The notes beneath the pieces are model-generated. The model had not been told where the DNA came from. It did no database searches and worked only from the letters and a program-made list of their open reading frames with translations. From positions 42,178 to 106,177 of the forward strand of contig JBDLJC010000003.1 in NCBI GenBank assembly GCA_039714535.1: a stretch of DNA of 64,000 nt, given 5' to 3'. Shown here one piece after another: positions 27,722 through 39,700 of the stretch (position 1 is the stretch's first letter; every line of letters begins with the position of its first letter). Origin of the DNA: Thermodesulfobacteriota bacterium (lineage in GTDB: Bacteria; Desulfobacterota; Desulfobulbia; Desulfobulbales; JAGXFP01). The position numbers and the translations under genes were made by a program.

Positions 27722-30700
27722 TCAATTAAAATATTTTCTAAGATCCCAATCTACTGAATCCCATTTTTCTTTTGGTACGACATAAAAACCTTTATAAGAA
27801 TATTTTTTTAGACCATCAGCTAAAACGGCTTCTCCTTTAAAATAAACTCCTTTAAACCGAGGAACTCCCTTATAAATTCCATCTTCTACCGGACCAACCA
27901 TTTTCAAACCAGAGTTAATGCTTCCACCTATTTTCAAAATTCCACCAGCTATCTTTCCTTCGGCCCCCCCTGATGCTGTAAAATCAAAACCTCCAGTTCC
28001 ATCATACCAATCCGGCAAATCACACAGGTTCGCTTGTATATGCGCCTTAATTTCAACTTCACCCTTACCTTCAACATAGGCAAAAGCTGACACAAATTTT
28101 AATGGAAATTGATAGAAAGGAGCTTTTATTTTACCCACAATTTTACCTGAAATACCGCCTTCAATTACGGGTAAGAGTAGTTCTTTATTTTCACAGCAAC
28201 TTAAAGTTTTGTCATAATCGACTTGAATTGCACCGTCTAAAGACAATTCGGCATTTAAAAATTTAATATATTTTTTTGCAGGATTTAGGATAGGCGGTTC
28301 TACGATTTTAAAGCTTGTTTTGTCTGCCAATTCATCTGGAATAGGTTTCAATTCCCCGCCAACACATTCTCTACAAAAGAACTCATCAATTTTTGTTCCA
28401 TCCGGTTTAGGTATGAGTTGCCCATCCACAAAATCCCAACAAAGATCATCTTCCAAAACCACAACCCTAATAGTGCTTTGCCCATTAGATTTCAGAGGTA
28501 TTGCCACCTTGGATTCATCACAAGATACGCACTCTACATTAACAGAGACTCGATATTCGCCTGGTTCAGGGTATTTGTACGAAAAACCGGAGGTATATCT
28601 ACTTTCTCCATTCCCCAAACGCCACTCGAGAGTTTCCAGATCACATTCACCCTCGAAAGCAAAAATATTTCTAGCAGAGAAATCGAGTGTTTCACCAACC
28701 ACTATAGTTATTTCCTCTTCAAACCATTCCGCATCTTCACCAGAAAGCCGCACTAAACTTTCTATCTCAGCTTCGGGAGGGTGAGGGTCCCATACACAAT
28801 CACCATCCTCACATCTCTCGTTTATAGTACAGGCATCATCATCTCTACAATCCATACACTCACAAGGATCTGTAACAGCAATTGGAGTAGTTTGACCAGG
28901 GGCACCGCCTCCCCCCCCCTGCCAACCACCAGCATAACCACCACCGCCCGAGCCTCCACTAGGTGCAACAGCCGAACCAGCCGGGACACTAGGCGGACAA
29001 AGAGTTGGAATAGCCATCCGGAAATCGACCAGTCTTGAGATAATCCTTTCGAAAGCTGTGTTCGGACAGATGATAACGGAACTACTAAGTTTAATTGTTA
29101 CATAACTGAAACAATTGCCGCCGCCGAAACCGGTAACCTGCTCGAAGAGAGACTTGAATGATGACAGGATAGTCCGGTCTCGCTTGGTCACTCGATACTG
29201 GACGCGGATAGTCTCCATAGGTTCGATCCGATCAGGAATAAATTCCTTCATAACCTCGATATCAAAATCACCATAACTGCTCGGAAAGTCGATCCCGACA
29301 TCGTAGACGGCAATCAAACCATGGTTCTTGACGGTAAATTCACCGTTAAAGACTTCATTCACTCCCATCTCCGGCAGGGTAATACCGGCCGGTTCAGCGA
29401 TCAGCACCGGAGTCGGGACATTGGTCTCGAAGGTCTGGGTAATGGTGACCTCGTACTTATCCTCGATAACCGTCGGCGTTACGCTCCACTCGATTTCGAC
29501 CATATTGACCTCAAGGGCCAGGTGGACGGTGGAGGTAAGGCCGGGCTCGACTACGAATGAACCGGAGAACGGCACACAGCCAGGAGAACTGACATTGTAA
29601 CTATAGCGTCCTTCGGCAATATCATTAAGCATAACCGTGCCGTCACTAGCGGTTCGCAAGGTATAACGCAGATCCAGCAACTGCTGATGCTGCAGGGTAA
29701 TGCTGGCGCCGGAGAGCTTCTCGTAAATCTCATTCTGGACGTCAAAATAGACACTACCCACCGCATCGGAAGAGACGGTGACCTGGACGTTGAAGCGAAA
29801 GGGGACATGATTGTCCGAATAAATGACTAGACTGTCGTCGTAAATGCCTGGAGCGACGGTCTCACCGGGTCGTAACATAATGCCGATATCCTTGCTGCTG
29901 CCGGCATTAATATCACCAAGGAGCTTATCGATGGTCAAATCGAGCCACGGAATGGACGGGCCGTCGATCCGGGCATTTCGCAACACTTCCTGACCACTGT
30001 TACTGATGGTGAAATTAACCATCTTCTGGGTGCCACGCATCATCCCGGTATCGATGTAAGAGGGATAGGTCCGGATCTGCGGGGTCAGGGTGACCATGCC
30101 GACATTGACATTGACCTTGCCGCCCAGGCCCGCATCGGTATCGACGGTGAGGCTGGCGTAACCGGTCTGGGGCGCGTCATCGGCGGCGATGATCTTCAGG
30201 TAGACCCGCTGGTTTTCGCCGCCGCCGATGATCGTATCGCCGCTGTTAATGATCGTCGCGGTCAAGCCCTGCGAGGCCTCGCTGACCATGGTCAGACCGG
30301 TAATAGCAACATTGCCGAGATTGCGGATATTGACAGGGACATTGTAAGAGCGGCCCTGGGCGAGATTGAGATTGAAGACCGAAGGTGAAACTAGCAGGCC
30401 GATAATGTTGAAGGTGGCCTGAACGTCACGGTCGTTAAGCTCGGGATGGGTGGCCCAGACGGAATAGGTGCCCGCCTCGTTGGCCGCCGGGGTAAAGGTG
30501 TGACTGAAGTTACCTTCTGCATCGGTATCGACATTGAAGAACCGGTCGAAGCCTCTGGTAGACACGCCAATCCTAACCGGGACATTGGCTACCGGCAGAC
30601 CATCGATGCTGGAGAGCGCGGTGCCGCTGATCGTCACCGGTTTTCCCATATGATAGACTTCCTTGTCGGTAGTTGCGGCCGCAAAGTAAGGAAGATCGGC

Positions 30701-33700
30701 GATCTCCGACTGGACCGTCCGGCTGAAACCAGGAGCGGTGACCTGATCGGGCCAATCGTAATGGTAATAGGTCTTGGCGACCCTGGCCTCAATCAAGACC
30801 TTGGCCGGAGCGTTGACCGGTACCTGGAAGGTAATCGGCTCGGAGAGGAAACTTCCGCCCGGCTCCAATCTAGCGCTGGCATAGCCGTTGGAGTTGACCA
30901 CGGCGCTGCCGGTCCGCTGGTCAAGAAAACCCTTGGCCAGCAGATTGCCGTCCTGATCGCGGAGATAGACGCTAACCTCATCGGTGAGCCCGCCTCTCTC
31001 GCTGGTCAGCAACTCCAGTTGGGCAGAACCAAGATTGTTGACCTTGATCCTGACCTGAGCCTCGGCGCCACGCACCAGGGGCTCGTTAAACACCTCAAAG
31101 GCCGAACCGGCTGCTGCAACCGGAACAGCCGAGGTCCGGGTCAGGACGACGCTGGTTCCCGGCGCGCTAGCTAGGGTGACGGTGGTCACAACGGCGACGC
31201 TGTCAAGGGCATCAAGGGCCGTGGCCGCAACCTTTTCGATGATTTTCGCTTCACCAGCAACGAGACTGATCGGGCCGGGTTTGATGGTTTCCACGTTGCT
31301 ACCAACCTTAAAGTTCAGTTTACTGATTGTCAGGTCTTCACCGCCGGTCAGGGCCAGGGAGATCTTTTCAATCACCCCACGGCGCAGAACGGTATCGGCA
31401 GGAATGTCGATATCAAGGGCAGGCAATCTTACATCCCGGATCGGGCTCTCATTGCCTTGATCATCAACGACCGACACGCCATAGGTTGCGCCATTGCCGT
31501 CATAGAACCCATCTGAATAAGTGGTAGACGGGGTCGGCGCGCTATTGACCCGATTGCCGTTCCGATAGACATAGTAGCCCTGGATCGAACCAGCATCACT
31601 CTGCCAGGCAAGAACGGGGCCTGCATCTTCATGGCGGGTAAGATTTAGACTGTTTACAGGCGCCACAGGAATGGCCAGTTCGACACTTGTTGACAGAGCA
31701 CTTTCGTTACCCAATGCGTCAACCGAGGTCACACCATAAAAAATCTGGCTGGTCGATGGCGAGGTATCAATTGCTTCCGTGGTAGAAACGACTACTACCG
31801 GCTTGCGGCTGCCAACAGAAGCAAACGAAGAGGCCGCACGATAGAGCCGGTAAGAAGCAGGGATTTCGTCTTGTGGAACATCCCAAACAGCAGTCACACC
31901 GTCACCATCGAGACTTAGGCTTAGACCGGATGGAACAGCCGGACCAGTGCGGTCGGAAACACCTTCAACTTCTGCACACCGGTCCCCTTCGGTTCCGAGC
32001 AGACCTACTGCGGAGACCGAATAGTTCCAGGCACCGTCAGCAGACGGCAGCTCAGAGAAAGTCAGACCGGTAGTGGTGCCGATCTCAACAGCAACACCGG
32101 CAAGACGTCTGTAAACTTTATAGGCCTGGACTCGATCAACCGAACGGCTCCAAGAGAGATCAATTTTACCACCTAATTTTGACGTTGCAGTGAGATCGGT
32201 CGGGGCAGCAGGCGCCGGTGGTGTATCAGTATAGAGATAGAGTTTTTCTCCCGTGGCGACAGTCTCACCGGTGTTGCCGAAGTTGTCGATAGCGTTAACT
32301 AGTTTAAACGTTGCTTCGCCCTCGGCAAGGGGTGAGATGTCTATTTGCGCCGTCCAATGCAGATCGTCGCCGGCCATCACCGGACCATTAAATGCGGCGC
32401 TATTGCCAGTGGCATCGAACAGTGTCATTACCGGGATATCGACCGGCGCTTCGTCGAAGGAGAAATCAACGGTCAGAGATTCCGTGCCAATCTGCTGTAA
32501 AACTGTAGGTGTTGTAATGGTTGCGACCGGACCTCGAACATCAAGGGTCGGGCCTTGGCCCTGACTGTTGCCACGGTTGCCGACAAGATCTTTGCCGGAG
32601 AATTTCCAAACAGTCGGTCCGTGCGGCCCGGCAGGGTCGATCTCCAGGACGGCGCTGTAGTTGAGTTCGTCAACCTTGACGGGAGAAAGCACAATGGGCG
32701 AGCCTATCTGTGGCTCCAAGCTGAGGAATGGCATTTCCTGCAACGGCTCGGAAACGGTCATGCTAACGTTTATCGTCCCGGGACCGGCGACAACGGTAGA
32801 AGCAGGAGTGCCGCCGTTAAACGCGAACATAATCCCGGTTGCGGCCGGCGCGATACCATCCGAGGCAACATTGATCTGCGTGGAGAGACCACTTTCATTG
32901 CCGGCACCGTCAAGGGCTGTTACTGCGTAATAGCTTGCCGTATCGTCAGCCGGAATAATCTCTTTGAATAGATAGGGAATCGGGGTGTTGTTTAGGGGTT
33001 GCATCCCGACAGTTACCGAAGTCGGCAGCGACGCTTGATCGCTATATAAATTATAGCCGGTCGGCAATTCACCCGGCCCTGATTGCCAGTTGAACTGGAT
33101 CGTGCCACCAGGTAATACCTTGGAGACAAGATCCACCGGTGCCGGTGGGGCCCCGGTATCAACCGTGATGATGTGCGGCATGCTGAAGGCGCTGGCGCCA
33201 CCACGGTGGGTGGCCTGCAGGTAGATATTGTTATCTCCTTCGGCTAGAGGAACCGAGGTAAAGGTCCAACTGCCATCGGCCGCCGTATTGGTTTCGCCGG
33301 TAATCTGATCATTGACCTTTAAGGTTACAGTGGTATAGAGATCGGCGGTGCCTCTAATAGTAACCAGATAGTCCGGTGTTATTGCCTCGACTGTGTGGCT
33401 ACCGTATACAGGCACATTCGGCGGGGCCAGACTGACCGTGACTGTTTTGCTTGTTTCCGTGAAGTTGCCGTGTTCGTCATAGGCGACAACTTTGACCGAA
33501 TGGTTGCCGTCACTTGCCGCCACCAGATTCCACAGATAGCTGACGGATGATCCGGTGGTGCTCTGGACCAGGCTGCTGTCGATATACAGCTCAACCCGGG
33601 CCATTGCGCTTTCGTTGTCAGTACCATTTGCCTTGAGAGTAACCGTTCTGGCCAATACCTGATTCTGGGTCAGCGGGATATCACCCTGGGAACTAACAAT

Positions 33701-36700
33701 GAACGGCCCTGCGATCTGCGGGCCGGTCGCATCCTGACGGGGCTCGACACTGATAGTCGATACAACAGGGTTTTCCAGACCAAAGGTGTTGACGACGGTC
33801 ACCCCATACTGATAGGTCGTGCCGTTAGTCAGACCGGGATCGGTATAGGTCGTTTTGTTCGTATCAACGGCCAGCTGCATAGCACCGACATCTGTTTGGA
33901 GATCAGCGGATTGCAGACGGTAGACGCGATAATTTTTGAGATACGGGGAACCGGACGCAGCCCAACTAATGGTGGCCTGATTTTTACCCGGTTCGGCAGC
34001 CAGAGCGGCAGGATTATCGAGGCGGGTGACGGCCTCGGTGACAACCCCGCCACTTTCGGGATTCTCCGCGTCTTTGCCGGTCAGTTTAAACCTGTACAGG
34101 GTGGCGTCAGCCAGGTTGTTCAGCGTATGGGAAATCGCTTCACTGCCGAGGGATATACCCGTATCAGGGTATCCTGGCCCATTATCTACATAAAGGAGCT
34201 GATCGACAAGATCACCGTTGCTACCGGCATCGATACTGGCGGTCCATTGCAGGTTAATACCGTTGCCGTTGGCTGTACTGTAGGTTGGTGTCGCAACAAA
34301 ACCGCTAACTTCCGTCGGCGGCATGGTGTCGACCGGAAAGGCAGTGGCAAAATTAACGGTGGCGGATGAATTGCCGGCCAAATCAACCGGGATTACCACG
34401 AAATAATAAGTAGTACCTTCAGTCAAGCCTTCGATTACGAATGATTTGGTGCCGGAGTTTGTCGTAGCGATTGCCTGCAGTCCGCTGACATCCGTTATCT
34501 CGGAGGTGCTGTAATAAATCCGGTAATAGGCCAGATCGACGGGCTCTTCGTAGTTGTTCCAACCCAAGCGGACCTGATCGCCGCGCCCGGAACCATTGGC
34601 CATCAACACCCCCGGCCCAAGAGCGGCAGGCGGGGCGGCATCATAAATCAAATCAAGAGTCTTGGTGGCAGTATTACCGAGTGCATCGGAGGCTCTAAAG
34701 ACCAGGTGGGTGGCAAGCCCTTCGACTAGGGTGATCTCGTGATTCCAGGAAACACCCAAGTCATCGGCGTTGATAATTGTTTCGCCATTCAGGGTAACGC
34801 TGCACCCCGGTTCCTTGGTTCCTGCCAGGGTCTGCGTTGCGGAGGCGGCCTGATCCTGGTATTCGTCAATGGTAAATACCGGCGGCGTGGTATCGAGCTC
34901 TACTGTAACAGTGGTTTCGGGGAAGGAGTCATTCCCGGCAAGATCACGGGTTGTTACCTTAAGGATGTTTTCACCTTCCTTGAGCGGATAACTGGTACTC
35001 CAGTCGGTTTGATCCGAAACATCGACCTTCTTGACGCCGTTGATCACGATACCTGTTTGAAGTTGCTTGCTACCGCTAAGGACCTGGCTGGAAACGGTAG
35101 TTGGAGAATCAACTGAATCTACCGTTGGTGGGGCCGGGGCTGCTGCATCAAGGACAAAAGTGCCGGTATCCTGAGGAGTCATCTGATTACCAGCCACATC
35201 CCCGGCGTTAGAAACTTCGACAACATAATCACCATCGCCGGTGGTTTCGGTAAAGGCTACAGTACCTCTCCAGGTATTGTGATTTCGCCAGGAACCGTTG
35301 ATCGAGAGAGACTGGCTGCCCCCCGTTCGGTGCAAAACCACAGACGGTTGCAATGAGGTGTTCATTGACTCATTAAACTTAATTGTGAAGGTTACTGTTT
35401 CGACCTTATGCGGGCTGGGCGGACTCATAGTCAGAGACTCAACCTGCGGAGCTGTTTTGTCCACGGTAAAACCGAAAGAAACCGTGCTGGTATTGCCAAC
35501 TTTATCAACGGGGTTAAGAGTGACGGTAACAATCCCTTCTGCCAGCTCCGTTTGGTGGATAAATTCGAGGGCGTCGTTCTCGCTGTTTACGCCCCAGGTT
35601 CCAGTTACTATTGAACCACTGGAATCTTCAACCGTAGCGTTTTCATGGGAGCGGGTGAGGTCAGGGCCTGACCCGTAATTGGGATCGCTGAGGAAAACGG
35701 ATATTTTACCGGTTTGATTTGTTCGGGAATTTATTGCCGGAATTGTGGATGAAACAGTCGGCCCCTGATTGTCCTTGATGATCGTAACTGGTTTGGGCTG
35801 ACAAATATTACCGTGGCTGTCACCAGAGGTTAAATCAAGAGTATTTCTGCCATTATTCAGATCAACCTGAATCTCCCAACTGGTAGCGTTATCAAGCAGA
35901 ATGGTTTCCGTACCGTCAACAATCAGTGATGAATCGGCTTCTTTTGTGCCCCGCAGAACAAATTGGGACTCGCTGGTGTAAAGAAACAGAGCCGGGTCAA
36001 CAGTCGGTTGGGCCGGAGGAGTAAGGTCTCCGGTTAAAACACTAAGTTCTTGAGAATAAGGGCTGTCGTTTGACAGCTTGTCGACGGCTTTTGCTACATA
36101 ATAATATATTGTGTCAGTTGCATGGGCAGCGGTGTCACTAAAAGTAGTTGCACCGGTCTGGCCAAGATATTGGTAACCGGACCCTTTGGTAATGCTGCGA
36201 TATATACGATATATATCAATGTCACATTCCGTATTCGGCTGCCACTTAAGAATGACCTTGTCATGGTCAAGGGTAGCGGTTAGTCCTTCCGGGGCGACCG
36301 GGCTGCCGACCAAGTTGGAAACCGCGCTCTTCTCAATGGAGAACGAACTTCCAAGACCTGTATAACCAATGGCTTTAACCGCGACAAAGTATGTCTGGCA
36401 ACCTGCCAGATTATTAAGTCGAATAGTGCCGGATGTTGTGGTCAGGGGCGGTGAATATTGACCGCTTTCCGTGCCGTGATATACCTGATATTCCTTTATG
36501 TCCGGCGAAAGGTTATTAGACCAACTGACATCTATATAGCCATCGCCGCTAGTTAAATTAATACTGGCGGGCGCTACCGGCGGCGCCAGGGCCACGCTAA
36601 TCGGATAATCGACCGAGGTTGGATTGCCCAATGAATCATAGACCTTGACGGTTAATGTATAACTGCCGTCACCGACTTCGATAATATTCCAGGCCCAGCT

Positions 36701-39700
36701 GTATTCCGGTCCGCTCGAATCGGTTGCCTGCAGGGAGTTATCCAGATAAAACTCAACATGACTGACCCCGGAGAAATCGGCGGCGGCAACCCTAAAACTT
36801 CCCTGTCTAATGAGGGTTGGAGTTGTGGCAATATCGGCGGTGTTATAGGTAAGAGCGCTAATGACCGGGCCATTCACGTCTTTAAGATTGCTGAGAACCG
36901 AGGTTACCTGTTGTCGCTCACCGCCGGCGCTATCAACACTGGTCACCGCCAAATAGTATTTCGTATCCTGACTCAAACCGGTCATCGCACTACTGGTACC
37001 GGTGACAGACTGGACCGGGGTCATTCCCGCCACTGAGGTGAAAGGGGTTTCACTCACATAAACATTGTACTGTTGGAGATGGACCGCCGGTTCAACCGGG
37101 CTCCAGGAGATGCCTATGTTGTCGACATTTACAATAGTCGTAACCCCGGTCGGATTAGCCAGCCGGAACGATATAGCAACCTCTCCCGAGGCCGGGCCGA
37201 AACCGGTCCGATTGAAAGCCTTGGCGCTTAAAAGATTGTCACCGATATTCAGAGAGTAATTAAAACTGAATTGGCCATTATCATCGACTTTGGCGGTGAC
37301 GCCGGTGCTGACCCCATTGTTGAACAATTCGACGTCGGTGAATTTTTCGGCTGTGCCGTTGACCGTGATATCAGGACTGCTGAAAACTGCTCCGGTTACA
37401 GGCAGGGAAATAACGGGAGCATCCGGTAACGCCAAAACGACGCTGAAATTCAGATCGGTGGTTGAAAGATTGCCTACCGTATCGTAGGCCTTGATGGTCA
37501 GGAGATGTTGACCATCACTCAGCGCCACGATGTTCAGAAAACAGTTAAAATCGGGCCCGCTGTCATCCGTACAGACAAGACCACCGTCAACCAGGAATTC
37601 GACCCGATCAACACCGGAAAAATCGGTGGCGCTAACACTTATCGTGGGAGGTATCGTAAATTCATATCCTTCCGTCAAATTATCAATTCCGGCCAGAAGA
37701 TCGGTGACCAGCGGACCATTGACATCTTTTAGATGGCCCACGACCGGCACAACGGTTTTCTTTTCACCATCGGCATAATTAACACTGGTGACCGCTACAT
37801 AATAGTTGGTGTCAATGGCGAGACCGTTAAGGTCAACCGTCGCAACTGTGACGGTCTGGACCGGCGTCATATCAACAACGGAGGTAAAAGGTGTTTCACT
37901 TCGATAGATATTGTAATGATCGAGAATATCGACCGGGCTGACCGGAGCCCAGGAAAGAGTCAGGTGATCTACTTCGGAAACCAGAGTAAGCCCGGTCGGA
38001 TTATCGAGAAGAGTATTAAGGGTAGCGGTGACCTCGTTGCTATGGGGACTGTCTCCGGCATTATTCCTGGCGATTGCCGTAATAGTGTTTTCACGCTCAG
38101 TCAAAGTAACCGGAATAGCAAACGACCCATCCGCTTTGTTCGGAGTCGGATTGCCATAGGGCTGACCGTTCAGCAGGATGACAATATTCATCTCCGGCTC
38201 AGCAGTACCGCTGACCGTAATCGCACCAGCGGTGAAGATATCACCACTGACCGGGTGGGTAATAACCGGTGCCTCAGGAAGAATTACCGCTAGTTCCAGA
38301 GAATATGTGACCGAAGATTTGTTGTCAAAAGAATCAAAGGCTTTAATCGTTAAGGTATATATGCCATTCAGTAGACCAGCCATATCAAACTGATAAGTAT
38401 ATGCACTAGCACCACTGGTGTCGGCCAGAACAACCGAGTCGTTTATGGAGACTTCCACCAGCTTGACATTATAAGGATCGTGGACATTAAAAGTGATCGG
38501 TCCCGAACCGTATATGATCATATTATTGTTTACAGGGTCGCCATCAAAGAGGATACCGGTTATCTCCGGCAATTCTGGCTCGAAATCCTCAAGAAGCCAG
38601 ATTTCTGTGAGTGCCGCTCTGGTAGACAGGAGGGGGTTATCATTTACGAAACTTAGGTTGATATTCCCGGTTGTATAATAATCAGAAGGTATGGAGAACT
38701 CATGTTGCACCGGCATCATAGTTGGCATTACCATGGCAGAATGAACCACTTTGCCTGGTCCAGCATTTATACTCTGCAGACTTCCTTCTTCACCGTCACC
38801 ATTAAAATAGCTGGTCCTGATTTTATATCTCTTCTCAGGATCGAGGTCTGTATAGCCCACTTCGACTGCATTAGAACCCCAGGCTATAGTTCTGTCCGGT
38901 CTGAGGCTAATTGGATCCCAGAGATCATCTCTGACTCCAGCATCCAGAATTGGTTCAGTTATCGAACCAGCTGAAGAGCCAGCTGCAAAACTATAATTAA
39001 CATAGGACATTTCGGTTGCGACTGTGTCCAGATAATCATCAAATGAAACATTATCGGATATTTTTCCTCCGGTACCATCTGGATTACTAGTGAGGTTATA
39101 GGGTCCGCTACCATCGAAATCCCCCCACCAGTTTCGGGTGGCATCAGCGACATTAGCGGTCTGGTTCTTGACAGCCAGCCCTCGGTTCATGAAAATCTGG
39201 TTGTTGGAGATCTCTGCGTTTGCAGTTCCCAGAAGTTCAACACCATCGGAAAGGTTGGTTGATATGTGGCTGAAACTGATGTCCGCATTGGAAGCCCCCT
39301 CCAACCTGATGCCATCACCATTATTTCCCCAGATCCTGCTACCGATTATATTCAGGGTGCCGTTGATACTCCTGATACCATTTGACGAACTCTTCGATAT
39401 TTCGGTGTTTTCAATACGTGCACTAACCACTCCGTTGAAGTAGAGAGCCCCGCTCCCATTTCCACCGGCATAAAGAATCTTGGTGTTATTAAAGATCGAT
39501 CCTTCACCAAATAAAGAAGCATTGAGGGTAATTCCTTTCCAACTACCATTTACCGGATAGGTCGCCATAACATCTTTGTTAGTGTCACCGCCATGATAAT
39601 CATCCTTGATAGTAGTAAAGATGATCTTTTCGTTGAAAGTCGCGTCGGCAATCAGGGCGCCGTCAACATCGACTACCAAGGCCCCACCCTGAAACTTTAC

